Below are positions 9,922 to 23,045 of a DNA stretch of 52,151 nt, in pieces. The position numbers and the translations under genes are program-made. How positions within the stretch are numbered: the first letter of the stretch is position 1; each line of letters starts with the position of its first letter. The DNA comes from Octopus bimaculoides (lineage: Eukaryota): the NCBI RefSeq assembly GCF_001194135.2, contig NC_068992.1, forward strand, positions 29,911,640-29,963,790, read 5' to 3'. The notes below the pieces were generated by a model that ran no database searches, was not told the origin of the DNA, and worked only from the letters and a program-made list of their open reading frames with translations.

Positions 9922-10689
9922 ATGAAACATTTTTTCATAGTCGACGCCAAAGCGATTTTTCATATTTGCTACTTTATTTTTTGGTTTGCATACGAGTCAA
10001 TGTCAATTGACCAGTAATTCTTGCTAAGTTGCTTTTAGCTTGTTTGGTGTAAGAATAATATATGCAGGCAGTCGCCTAAGTTTGCGGAGCGAAAAACTAC
10101 CAGTAGCGTCTAACTGATTCTGAATTAAATAAATATATTGATTATCATTCTTCCAAACCATCTAGAATTATTCACTAATTTCTTTCACTAAATTGCAATT
10201 CTCATCAAACCGATTCTAACTTTCCATAGTTTGTCTGTCTATCTGTTTGTGTGTCTGAGTGTGTGCCTGTCTGCTTGTCTGTCTGTCTATCTATATACCT
10301 ATTATATCTAGGTGATGTGTAGTTGTGTGCATGTACTGGTGTATATTTATTAATGATCTCAACGAAACAGGCGCGTACAAAGGCACAACCACTTTCTCTT
10401 CATCCTGTCTCACATAAATCCACATGTCATTATTGATTAAAAATAACAAAGATCTACACCAGGTAATTTAATTTTACAATTGTCTTCTTGATTAAAGTTA
10501 AGTCTTCAATGGTTCATCTCTCTTATTGATCTCTGTGATAAATAATTGCTTTAGTGACACAACTGACGTCAAAGATTATTTCATGTAATCATAGCTGGAT
10601 TTACAGATCATAGATTCTGGATGTCGATGCTGATGTACCCAATGATAAAACGGATAACGATCGGATAGGTCATTTGAGTGTATGCATGT

Positions 10690-10715
10690 GTATGTATGTG
10701 CGTGTGTGTGTGAGA

Positions 10716-10756
<41 letters not shown>
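10690..10756. repeat. (TG)n-(GA)n microsatellite
   Basis: Directly visible. Confidence 0.9.
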
Positions 10757-10759
<3 letters not shown>

Positions 10760-13268
10760 GTCTCCGCATTTGTGCGCACACGCGCTCGTGCATGTTTGTG
10801 TATATTTGCATGAAAGATGTGAAGTTGCAATTTAAATAATATACGAGGAATGCACAATTGATATTCATAACACTTCATACACAAATTAGGAGTAATACGT
10901 AAGTTCTTTTCCACTGTCTGCATGAAACCTTCTAGAAACGAGTCAAATTCTGACAGATTTTCTGGTAAGAAATGTTGTGTTACCTCTAACAAGCGACAAA
11001 ATTGTTCATCGACAGCTTACTTTAAGAAACGCTGAGATTATCATTGATGTATTTCCTCTTCTGAAGTTGTGCAAGCTCTTCTTAAAATCGGTTTTAGAGG
11101 CTGTTCCATCGCTTTCTTATATACCTTTTAAGTCAGTAATATATATTTTTAAACGAATAGCTCTGAGAAACATTCAGATCAACAATCTGGTCATGTGTAT
11201 TCCTCATAATCAATGTAATACTGTCCCTCTTGTGTCAGATATAAATATTTATCAAATTATGCGTTTTTCAAGGACATTAATGGCGAAAAAATGGTCAAAA
11301 TCGTGTAAAAGTGGACAGTAATGAGTTTGTTATAGTATACATAGTATTATGTCTTTGATGTAATATATCTTATCTTTTATACTTTATTAGGTCTTTTATA
11401 TACCCATTTCTATCGATTTTCAACAAAACTGTGTTTGGGATAGAAGGTGATAAATAATCTAGTTTATATGTTTATGATTATTAAGCAAGTTACTTCAATC
11501 CCATTTCTTATATATTCTAGAGAATATAAACAAATAATAACATAGTTATAATCGCATAATGCCTAACTAGAAACCAGTCGAATTGCTAAACGAGAAAACA
11601 TGAAGATAATTTAATAGGTGTTTATGGCAGGAACATAATCGAATCCAACGTCTTGAGCTCTAATGTCTTTGTTGGGCTAATGGTATTAATGTTTATGTTT
11701 TTTCAGAGGGTCAAACTTATATAAGAAAGGGAATAATCTATTGAAATATCTCCCACAGATGAAAATGCATACAAACAGAATAAATACAATAAGATTGTAT
11801 ATCCAGTTTCAGTGCGAAATATTCCCTTAAATACGCATCTCAAATAATACCACACGGCAAATCATTGATGCGTAATTTGTTGAATTAAACAAACTGCACT
11901 TTATAACTGGAAATAATTTTACCGACCAAGATTAAATAAAAGGGAATGTCGGCTCTGACACGATTTTCTCTTAGACTCTGAAGGTACATAGCTAAATTTT
12001 GCTTGCGATACCACTAAAGGCAGAGGATAGCCGAAAGTTTAATAAGTTTGCTTCGCAAGAACGAAGTCTTGGGTTCGATATCATTGTGTAACCTTTTGGT
12101 GCAGATTATTTTATCATGAGCTCGAGTGGAATCCTGCATTAAGTGTGATTTTAGAAACAGACAAATATTTTGAAAGATTGAAAAGTTAGAAGCGACTTCT
12201 AAGTTCCAACTTTACTACACGTTCTGTCATGCAAATTCTGCGTTGGGATAGCATTGTATCAGTGCAATAGTCAAATACACACACAAGCTAAGGCGAAAAG
12301 CGACTTTCTTGAAAAATAACAATTAGCGATGGAAGCAGTATTAATAACAATGATCAATCTTAACATTCTACTAAACCGGGATGTATTATTAGAGCGCTGA
12401 ATACTGTAGCATCGCCATTCAGTGCCTACACCAGACGGTTCTCGTCTGTTACGGTATATGTATGTCTGTATGAGACGACCTCTTAAGGCGAAAACCGCAG
12501 GATTCGGTGCTCTAAAAAGTATATGCATGTGCTGTGGGATATAAAGATTGCCTTTTCGTATTAATAAAGCTCTGTCGCAAATATTAATTCTTAATAAGCT
12601 TGCTATCTATTTGCAACATCAGTGACTAATAAAGCTTAGTATGATGAAATCACGTGATCTGGCAGTTCCGGCACCTATACCAGAGAATTCGTGTCTGGCA
12701 CGATATATGTCCGTGAATTTAGCACCGTACGTCCATATGAGTGAAACTCTCAAAGTTAATACCGCAAAATTGGTGCTCTAATAATTACATCCACGTTTTG
12801 CAGACTGAAAAGAGCGAGTTGTATATTTGATTGAACAACTCAATGTTCTTCATCAAAACCAAAGCCGTTCCACTTATTTTCCATACATTTCGCTTATCGA
12901 TTACTGTATTCAGTTTGACCAAATATCCACTGTAGTTGCATTACCATAGCAGATGGTTATCCTCAACGCTATTATGAAATAATTATAATCAGAATTTTTA
13001 ACAAAGGTACACGAACATAAAGGATGGGGAAGATATAATCGATTTGAATCGATGTCCAGTATATTACTGTTAGTCATTAGAAAGTTTAAAGGGAAAAGCT
13101 ACCTCAATCGCATAGTAATTCAAAAGTAAAAAAAAGATTAAATCTGCTATTCATCATTGTATCAGTCTCGCTATAATAAACTTTTCCAGCTTTGTCAATA
13201 AGCGATCAATTTTCAAGATAATTTTATGAGTGTCCTCAACTGAGGTGTTTGAATGAGAAATTCTTATT

Positions 13269-13468
13269 GGCGGTAAGCTGGCAGAATCGTTAGCGTAACG
13301 GACAAAATGTTTAGTGGTGTTTCGTCCAGCTTTACTTCCTGAATTCAAATGCCGCCAGCGCCCACTTTGCTTATCATCCTTTCGGGTTGATGAAGTATCA
13401 TTCGAGCAATGGGGACGATGTAATGGAAAGGCTCCCTCCCCCAGATTTAAGGTCTTGTGCCAATTGGA
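13269..13468 (+). mobile_element. SINE family 2, near full length
   Basis: GGCGGTAAGCTGGCAGAATCGTTAGC..GAATTCAAATGCCGCC..CTTTGCTTATCATCCTTTCGGG. Confidence 0.85.
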
Positions 13469-13471
13469 TTC

Positions 13472-13549
13472 TTGTTCTTCTTGTTCTTGTTCTTTTTATT
13501 CTTCTTGTTCTTCTTGTTCTTGTTCTTCTTGTTCTTGTTCATCTTGTTC

Positions 13550-13587
<38 letters not shown>

Positions 13588-13646
13588 CTTCTTCTTCTTC
13601 TTCTTCTTCTTCTTCTTCTTCTTCTTCTTCTTCTTCTTCTTCTTCT

Positions 13647-13677
<31 letters not shown>

Positions 13678-13727
13678 GTTGTTGTTATTATTATTATCAT
13701 TATTGTTATTGTTATTATTACTATTAC
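13472..13727. repeat. Compound trinucleotide array (TTC/TTG mosaic)-(TTG)n-(TTC)n-(TTG)-(TTA)n
   Basis: Directly visible. It forms the 3' tail of the SINE at 13269 and explains six overlapping low-complexity ORFs. Confidence 0.95.
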
Positions 13728-14079
13728 TGAGTTTGAGAGCAGTGCCCAGTAAAACCACCACGACCACCCGTTTAATAAGGGTACACCAGACACATGCATT
13801 ACAACCATATGCAATATATACCAAGATTAACAATGCATAACCTTGCAGGTAAGGGCCTAGTCAAAATTTTCTGAAGGTCGAGTTGCCCATCTCGCTCAAA
13901 TAGTCCTTGAATAATGCTTTCCAAAGATGAATTATACAACCCCCACTAAAATTCCTCTCAGCACATGGCTATGATGCTCCCCCACTACTTCTGCTCGCGA
14001 TGAAAGAAGCACACATCGTCAACCACCAAAGGACATACTCAACTGGTTAAAGTCAAACAACTAAGAAACAGAATTTATC

Positions 14080-14175
14080 ATGATCATGACAATGATGATG
14101 ATGATGATGATGATGATGATCATTCTTCTTCTTCTTCTTCTTCTTCTTCTTCTTCTTCTTCTTCTTCTTCTTCTT

Positions 14176-14270
<95 letters not shown>

Positions 14271-14275
14271 TATCA
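14080..14275. repeat. Compound trinucleotide array (GAT)n-(CTT)n-(ATT)n
   Basis: Directly visible. Confidence 0.95.
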
Positions 14276-14279
14276 TCAG

Positions 14280-14327
14280 AGATCAATATTCGCTATGGTG
14301 ATTATGGACCTCTGATAGTGAACCACG
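14280..14327 (+). CDS. Candidate isolated 48-nt phase-1/phase-1 exon (xINIRYGDYGPLIVNHx), product unknown
   Basis: CAG acceptor at 14277-14279, G|GTGAGT donor at 14328 and an open, protein-like frame. No neighbouring exon is established. Confidence 0.25.
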
Positions 14328-14370
14328 GTGAGTTTTGAACTTGGTACAAAGAGAGCCAACAGCAAAAAGA

Positions 14371-14680
14371 GCAAGACATCTAGTAGTGTTTCTTAAAGTC
14401 CATAGTTTTTATTAATAATATTTCTAACGTTGGTACAAGACACATTTTAGCAGAGGAGTGTAATAAGATTATATTAAGCCAAAATAATTTACTAATATTT
14501 TATTGTATCAATCTAAGGAACATAAAGATCAAAGACGAACTTGGTAAAATTCAATCCAGAACGTAATTAAATGTAACAATACCGAAAAACATTATGCCTG
14601 GCGCTTTGACGAGTCCACAGCCCAACTATCTTCTTTAAATAATTATACCGTATAATGAAATATGAATACACATTGGAAGG
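14371..14680 (+). repeat. ~310-bp direct duplication, partner at 36813-37120
   Basis: Colinear blocks are shared, e.g. GCAAGACAT.TAGTAGTGTTT, ATTAAGCCAAAA, ATCTAAGGAA.ATAAAGATCAAAGACGAACTTGGT and TTTGACGAGTCCACAG. Confidence 0.9.
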
Positions 14681-15110
14681 AAAGTAGCTCTATGAATTTA
14701 ATCAACTCTGTTAAATTATTGTTATAAGGAATAACTATGGAAGAATAAAAGAATCACGTTTTTGAATTGATAAAAGAGATTAATGTTATGAAGTAACGGG
14801 CTCTGCACATGTATGCAATATCTAAATATATGAAAAATGCAAAATGCAAGTATATCTATAGTGTGTGCGAGTGTATGTATGTACAAATATATATATATAT
14901 ATGCGTGTATTGATATATATATCAATCTTTTATTAAAACGCCAAAACACAATGATAAAAACTACAGAAATCAATCGTCCGAGGGGAAACGTGCTAAGACA
15001 ATCTCCAACGTACATTTAAATATTTGGACTCACGTGGAGCAGTTTCTGCACTGGCAAAAATAGCCTCAGCTTCCTCAGACACGTTACCATGATAGAGATT
15101 CCCAACTCAC

Positions 15111-15150
15111 CATGTTGAAGTTTGCACCGCAACTGATTGGTTTTGCACCG
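15111..15150 (-). promoter_or_regulatory. Candidate core promoter plus ATG-only first exon of a minus-strand gene
   Basis: Minus strand: CGGTGCAAA-ACCAA-TCAGTT (Inr-like; the AACCAATCAG CCAAT box overlaps it)-GCGGTGCAAACTTCAAC-ATG|GTGAGT. The ATG has A at -3, the donor is consensus, and the locale is richer in GC/CpG. Confidence 0.35.
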
Positions 15151-16980
15151 AAATCATGGCAGCAACCAGTGGGAAAATAATTTCAATACGGAATAAATAA
15201 TACACGAGAAAAAGATAATTCATGAAAAAATAATTTGCGAAGATACCATAGACACTGTTATTATCTAGTGTAAATGATAACGGAATCAATTATATGGGCA
15301 ATTGCAGCTCTCCACAAAAGCATTAAATAGCTGAATGATTAAAATTAATCAAAGGACATACTAAGTATGTCTACCAAATATATACACATGCACATAGCCA
15401 TGCATATAAGAGTATTTTCAGTGTCCTTATTTCTATTCTTCATATTCATGATCAGCCTCGCATGTTCTATCATTTTGTTTTTATATTCATAAAATTCTCC
15501 ATCTTAGAACCTGTGATGAATACACTTTTCTGATTTGATCTAGCAAGATGACTTATTTTTTCTCTCTAAATATACGTTTACTATGTAATGTATTATCAAG
15601 CATCAGATAATAGATAATTCATTATCTAGCAACGAATTCAAAGATTTTGCAGTGAATTCAGACCCTGCAGCTCAGATGTGTGAAGTGTATTTTAGCAATG
15701 TGAGTTCAAGAGTTTCCAAAACCCCATTCAGCTGGCAATTACTTTTAAGTATTCATGATTATAGTTTAAATTAAGGCGATGTGATAGCAAAAGTATTAGC
15801 TTTCAGGACTAGCAGCTTAAGGGTATTCCTTTCGAATCTGAATTTAAATATCTTCAAAGCCAGCTCTGACATTTACCTCATTAGGGACCAAGAGTCAGTC
15901 AAGTACTTAATTCGGTGTAATGGACTTCTTTTTACCGAAAATTACTGACCAAAATTTGAACTATAAATTTTGGCGGAGTAAAACATATTCAAACAAAATA
16001 TGTTGCAAACAGATTTTTGAATGAATCCCTACAACGCTCCAAAGTTGAAGATAATCCTAGTTGAAGTAGAGTTTGTCTTCGCGTTATTGTTAATGAACTA
16101 CAGTTAATACACATACAAGCCTATGCATACACATAGTTTTATGCAAACGTGTGTGTGTGTGCGCATGCGTGTGTTAGTACATAAATAGTTTAGAAATTGT
16201 TTTCTTCCCCCACATAAAACAGAAAAAAATGATTGAATACGTCTGCAGAAAATAAGTTGGCTATGACTTCGATGTTTCTCAAGCCTTAACTACTTCAAAC
16301 ACATTTGACGTTTCAGGTACGAAAAGCAAAAGTGTGATGCAGAAATGACTACAAGTACGCGCACGCACACGCACACACGTATCTAACTATGTATATATGC
16401 ACATACAGATACAAATACACTACATATATAAAAGTACTACTTAGCATTGTAAATCATCTAGTACAAACAAAAGAGTTTATTGATAGTAGAACTCTAAACA
16501 GTTAGTGTAAAATTTATTGATAACTTCGTTTTGACTAGGACTTAAATTTTTACCTTTAAGGTATTATTCACAATTCAATGTGAAACTTGAATCCTCATTA
16601 GAAGCAGAGATTTTATCAAAGAACTAAGAATTTGTGTTTTACGATATTAAGAATTTGTTGTTTAAGAATTTGACGCTGGTCCTTCGTAATTTATATGTAG
16701 ACATTTTTGTTTCAGTTTATAATCTAGAAGTAATCATATTTTTTAGTAAGTCTAAATGTCACATTAGCCGATGAAGACGCTCCGCATATGATAACCTTTG
16801 AGATAGAAATAAATGTTCATGGATAACCTGTGATTGTCATAAATGCATGTTAGTTTTACAGAAGTCTCGCTTTTCTGGCGGATGGCCTGATCTTATTTGA
16901 AATTGGTGCAATTCTCACCAATTTTTTGTTCTGCCTTCTTTGGAAATGGATGTAATTTGCATCAAAATTTTGCCTGATAG

Positions 16981-17036
<56 letters not shown>
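16981..17036. repeat. (TCTA)n microsatellite
   Basis: Directly visible. Similar arrays at 21348-21393, 24727-24870 (with CTGT), 34757-34824 (GATA) and 49491-49573. Confidence 0.95.
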
Positions 17037-17257
17037 CGTGTCTGTCTTATCTATAAATGCACGTGCGTGTGTGCGCGTGCCTGTGTGTGTGCGCACCTGT
17101 TTTTGTGCATGCCTGCGCGCGTGCGTGTGTGTGTGTGTGGATATATGTGTCTGTATGAATGTGTGTGAGCGTCTTTGTATATATGTTATACTAACAAAAT
17201 ATTGATTCATCTGTTATAGATATTTTGAGACAGATATGATTTTCCAAATAGACTCAG

Positions 17258-17259
<2 letters not shown>

Positions 17260-17325
<66 letters not shown>
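17260..17325. repeat. (TA)n-(GA)n microsatellite
   Basis: Directly visible. Other TA/CA/TG tracts: 17915-18135, 19014-19048, 23789-23882, 25230-25400, 27325-27662, 32755-32886, 35750-36010, 39616-39720, 41180-41470, 47544-47612, 49575-49752, 50330-50500, 52085-52151. Confidence 0.9.
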
Positions 17326-18062
17326 GGCGAAAGCAAATATCGGCTAAAATTTCTGTTTTATTTTTTTCGCTACAGATCAAATTTCATGAACGCCGTTGTT
17401 GTAGAACGATGCAGATGAAGAAATATGGTAGCAGTAATGTGTTATTGTCAAATAAAAGATTGAGTGAAGACGATGTGAAATGAAAGAATAAAACAATGAC
17501 ATATGTTTTGTAAAATCTAACGATGGAAATCTCTGGTTCGTTAGATTACCATTGATTATCCAATACTGCTTTATTTTTGTGCATATACATATATAATTTA
17601 TTATATCGTCTTTGTCAATGTTTCAATATCTCCTTTGCATTTCTGACTTCTCTCCTATCTTCAATATGTATCCAATTCTTTCGTTTAGTCACTCTTTTCT
17701 CTATATATAACCTCTATGAAGATACTCCGGCTAGCTGAATACACATCACATGAACAGACCGATACATACACGCACAAAAATATCTGTAAGAATATATTGA
17801 ATTCTAAATATTTATAGATTATACATATGTGTACATGAATGATAAATGTGTACACATATGCACTCTTGTATATATCTTCACATAAAAGTACAAATGATTA
17901 TTATATCATTACTATCTTCCAAGCATATACATATATACCTATGTATATATATGTATATGTGTGTGTATGTACATATACATATGCGTTTCTGAACATGCAT
18001 ATGTGTGTGTGTGTGTGTGTGTACATACATTCATATACACATACACGCATATACATATACAC

Positions 18063-18116
<54 letters not shown>

Positions 18117-19009
18117 TGTATACATATGTGTGTAATTGAGAATATGTGTTTTTGTAAATAATTTTTCTTCTTTCAAAAAATATCCCTCAATGTCATAGTT
18201 TCTTTAGCCGAACTAAATACATTTATCTATGTAGTATTTATAGACATTTATTACCAACAGTGTTTCCAACTCGCTCTCGAAGACAACGGAGATCTACTAT
18301 TATTTACATGTAAAATGCAACAGATTGCAAATAGGAGCTCTATATCCAAATAAACATGTATGTTAACTAGGAAAGATACATGATGAATGACTATGATATT
18401 GCAGTGATAGCGGAGGCCAAATATTTGTTTTTAAAGGGACGGGTGGGGTGTATCCCTATAAGGATCAAGCTGTAGCGTGACACTCTCCGACCAACAATCA
18501 ATCGCTCCTCCCTCTCTACATACCACTGCTTTACTCCCTGCCTTGTTTTCCTTTTCTTTCTTTTCCTTCCTGCTTCTTTACATCAGTTAGGGTTCCGCAC
18601 AGACAAGCCTCCCCTTCTTCAAATCAACAAAAATTCAAGGCTGTGCGAGGATATCTATTTGTCTTTCTTTAACGCTCAGTCTATCTCTCCCTCCACCATC
18701 TCTCTCTATCACTTTCCTTATCTGTCTGGGTAAGCGATTTTATTAATATATGTGTTATTGGTATATGTTGTTACTATAGGCGTGGTATGAACTGATGGCT
18801 AAGTCTCTGGTCAACTCATTATATATGTGAGTGAAATTATGTGCCCAATAATTATTATAGTGGTCCGTTGGTTGGAGTGCGCCTGCGCTTCAAATTGTAC
18901 AGTCTAGTCATACTTATGCCCATCCATCCACCCATCCGTCTGTCCGTCCGTTCATCCATCTGTTAATCCATCCGTCCATCCATCCATCTAGCCATTCATC
19001 TACAGATTC

Positions 19010-19052
<43 letters not shown>

Positions 19053-20361
19053 GTTGTGTGTGTCCCCGAACGCGTGTGCGTGCGTAAATAGATTAGTATA
19101 TTCATTATATCAGGAAAAACTTGCTTTTTGTTATTTGCTAAAACACCTTATGATCTGAGATCAAAACTAGCCGATTTCAACTTTACCATCCATCTTTTGT
19201 ATATCTATTTTGCATTTCCAGAAATACAAATGAAGCATAAAGGATAAAGGCCCCCGGATCTAGTTTATTTTTCATTCGCAAAATATGCACATTTTAAAAG
19301 ACAGTAAAAAATCTGAAAATCAGTTATGATAATAAAGTTTTCCAGTCTAATTGTTATGAAGTTATGACGTAGAGAACAAAAATAGAGGAAAAAGTTACAG
19401 AGGTTTAAAAATCGAAAAAAAAAAAAAATTGTATTTATAGCCAATAGCGAGACAGAAATTTTCTGCGTTTAGTGTGAAATTTATAGTTTAGCGTCTGTGA
19501 AATTATCCTCTTCATTGTGGGTTCCTAAATAAACAGAAATACCTAATAAAATCAACATTTATCCTCTTACTGTTCCTTTTGTCTCTTCATTGATTGTATG
19601 TTTTTATTATTCTTTAAAAATTTGTAATATTGATATATTTGTCTGCATGTGTTTACTTGATGCTTATTTCAGTATTATGATTACTTGTCATATATTTGTG
19701 TACATCATTAATATATAAGTGTATGTGTGTGTGTGAGTGTGAAAAGGTGGCGTCTGTCTCCAGAACTTCAAAGTTGGGTAACGTTTTCATGCTTGGATTT
19801 GTAAAATACGATAAGAATAACACTGGTCAACAAAGAATTTGTCCCAAGGCAAAGAATACCTGTATCTTATATGTTCTTGCATGCAGAATTCAAAAATAAT
19901 GTCAAATTATCTGTGCTATGTTCACATATTCCTTTCACCTACATAATGCCAAGAAACTGTATAAACTTTGCAAACAACTTTTGTGATATTTGAAAAAATA
20001 TTTATAATATTAAGACAATTGGCGAAAAATATCTATAGTAAAATTCATTTCTAATTGATAGATATAAATTCTTATTAAAACAAAACAGGTGGGTGATGTA
20101 AATCTCGTGGTGTGCGGGTGGAATACAACACAATGTGCGGTTATCATGGTCATAAGCTTTTAATGCCTCACTGTCTGTTGATTGGCTAAAATTACAGAAA
20201 TTTCCCAAATTCAATTCCAAATAACATCAGATTCTTTAATTTACGAGATAAAGTAATTGGTTGATCGTAATCAAAATTTAGATTTGCATCGATACACCAA
20301 AATTGAAAGCAATCTGAGCAAAATTAATGGGGGCTCATTTTGCGAATGAAAAAGACTAGAT

Positions 20362-20612
20362 CCGACCCCCTTCGGTCATGAATGACCATGGGATTGCAAC
20401 TAGAAAGTTCCAAGGCACAAGTTCGGGCAAGGTTGTTCATGGAAGACAACCAGTTGCCCATGCATAACAGCCCCCCCCCCATTCCCACGCAAAGGCTGAT
20501 ACAACTTTGCATCAGTGACGTCACAACTAATTTCTACAGCTGAGTGAACTGGAGGAACGTGAAATGAAGTGTCAAGAACACAACAAACAGCCCGGTCGGG
20601 GAATCGGATACA
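20362..20612 (-). mobile_element. tRNA-derived SINE with CORE-like domain (family 4), partial
   Basis: Minus strand has a B-box-like CCGATTCCCCGACCGGGC, then TGTGTTCTTGACACTTCATTTCACGTT.CTCCAGTTCACTCAGCTGTAGAAAT (CORE-like). It ends in a GGTCAT-TC-ATGACC hairpin and GAAGGGGG. Confidence 0.55.
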
Positions 20613-21347
20613 AACAGAAGGAGAAATAATAAATTCATATAGTACTCCATATAAACTGTCTCTTATTTGGCATCTGTGGCTGTACTGACAACCAGGATCT
20701 ATTTGTAAGAAATTTGAATGTTAATTGTCAAACTAAATATCACGCACATTATTCTCTGGTCAGGTGTCAGATAAAATTGGTTTATTGGGCGTTCGATTTG
20801 TGACTATGGAATATCTGTTGAATTCATATAATGACAACTCATATTTATGCATATAAATATCACAAATTGTGCATAACATGTCTCTACAGTGATGTATTTG
20901 CTTGTTTCGATGCCCGTAAAATGCAGACGTTGACAAATGTGTGTATATGTCTTTATGTAATAGTCATCTTTGTATCATACTTAATGTAAATACATCACAA
21001 ACAAGCTATTTTATTGAGGTATTCTTCCAAAGAGTATTCTCCAGAGAGATACTATCTCTTATGAACATACTCTGTTTAAAACACAAATATATGTGAGGCA
21101 AACAAATACTACCAAGCAGCGAACGCTTGGAATGCTGGAAAAAAAATTGTGTATTTTTCCGCGTTGTCAGTTTGATGGTTGGACGAAACCAGTCGCTACC
21201 GATATAGGAAACCAGTAAGAGACGTACAGCTGCCCAAATGAAAAATATACTGTTATATGTTTTGAAGCACAGCACATCCATATAAAATCTTATCTTTTCT
21301 TGATGCGTGTGCGAACGTGTGTGTATGTGCATGTATGTATATTCGTA

Positions 21348-21389
<42 letters not shown>

Positions 21390-22136
21390 CCTATAAGTAG
21401 TTATAATTGCAAGATTTGCAGTTTATAATTCAAGATTATCATAATTAACTGATCGTGTGCTTTACTATTTGTTGAAGCATTACAACATAATACACACACA
21501 TATACACACACATATATGTGTACATACCCACGCATATATCTATACATGCACATACACATATATTCATACATAGATACATACTATAAAACTGGTAAGTACG
21601 TGTACATCGAAAGACTTGGAATTTAATATGATTCGAAAATAAACCGAAAGGGGATATTGTCTATTCTGTTTGACTACCGTGATAGAATATCGATTTTATT
21701 AGCACAGTTTCACGACATTCTTCGATCAAGTCCAAATTAATTATTTCCACAGTTAAGATAGTAACAAATCATGTCAATAGCCAATTGACAATTTCTGGGT
21801 AGACATCCAGACATAAACGCAGATTGATACAAAATGACACTTACAGAAAAATATTGAAGGCTATCTAAAAATATAAAAATCTCCCTCGTCCTTTATGAAA
21901 CTCTGATCAATGTCGTCACAAACTCGACATTCTCATATTTTGTGAAACAAGAAATATATGGTATATAGTATTATATGTTTGAGATCTTCATGCGTGCTTC
22001 GAGGCAGATTTGGTTCTAATTTCTAATAGGTAGAGCATCCATATCGTTACTTATGTCGGTGGATCGGAAAACATAATATGCTGAGGGGGGAAAATAGAGA
22101 GTAAGTGAGAGATATCGTAGCTGCTAAAACGATATG

Positions 22137-23045
22137 CAAGGTATTCGGGCTAAATTTGACGATTTTATGTCTCCTTTTGTTTTCAGACAGAGCTTGATGT
22201 GTTTGTGAAAAATCAGCGGTGTTGGAGAGCATAAAAATTAAAACAGTAGAGGAGAAAAAGTTAACTGAGATAGAGAACTGGAAGCCATCAGAATATTGGA
22301 AAAAGTGTTACATGTTCATGGTGATTTGTACTGAGTATACAAATGCCTACCCCTATGACTGTTAGTCAATGCTCTGTGTATACTGTAAACACTGTAAGAC
22401 GTGACATAAACGGCTGCATCAAAAGCAATGAAGCCGTGGCCGGCAGGGAGGGACACAGCAGGCGTTCAAACTGCCTCTGCACGCTAGAATCCATTTTCAT
22501 GTTTGCAACAGGTACTTACGCTCATTCCACAGTGCGAGTGGAGGTGCTGGGGACTGTCACCAATCCCTGGATAGAAAGGATTGCTATTGGGAAACCATAT
22601 GCGAGACAGCAGGATTCGAGGTTCTGCCACACCTCAAGAAAGTGTCAGAAGTTGTTCCCGGATAATTTTTACGACTCCACTATCCCCAATTCCTGGTTTA
22701 TTAATTCTCCCCGATTTTAATCCGGTGTATTAATATTTGTAGGATGCAGTTGAGAAAGAAAACCTACCACTTTACATGCACCACCAAGGCCGAGCTGGTA
22801 GCCAAGAACAAGAAAGTTTTCAAAGATTTGTCTAAAAACACTTTAAGAGACGCTTAGACCAGATTCTGCAGCCGTGTTAAGATCGTGGTGGAAGCTGAGG
22901 ATGGCTACTTTGAGTAAACTGTAATCTCCCAAACATAATCTGGATGGGATTTTCAAAAATATGTTAACATATATTTCTTTTTGGATGGGATATTTTGTTT
23001 CATTTTTCCTTTCATGAAGCTGTCAAATTTAGCCTGAACTACTTG
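22137..23045 (+). mobile_element. Tc1/mariner maT (DD37D) transposon with internal deletion
   Basis: 24-bp TIRs (22137-22160 and 23022-23045, 20/24 match) and TA at 23046. ORF 22343-22720 reads ..NPWIERIAIGKPYARQQDSRFCHTSRK..DNFYD..PNSW..NSP. After a frameshift it continues to VVEAEDGYFE* (stop 22915-22917). Confidence 0.92.

Noticed and set aside
13314-14301. Poly-S/C/L/K/N/R ORFs on both strands
   Set aside because: Translations of trinucleotide microsatellites. All frames are open for trivial reasons.
15025-15085. Minus-strand CUGAGGA..GAAAC..CUC motif
   Set aside because: Core words are present, but the closing pairs of helices I, II and III are mismatched. Treated as chance.
16257-16316. 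60-nt exon-like frame GYDFDVSQALTTSNTFDVS with a CAG|GTACGA donor
   Set aside because: The only in-frame acceptor is purine-rich (GAAAATAAG). Not supportable without transcript data.
16859-17483. Acceptor-like sites at 16859 and 17376 with short open frames (SLAFLADGLILFEIG..; IKFHERRCC..DDVK*)
   Set aside because: No recognisable homology and no consistent phase chain to other candidates.
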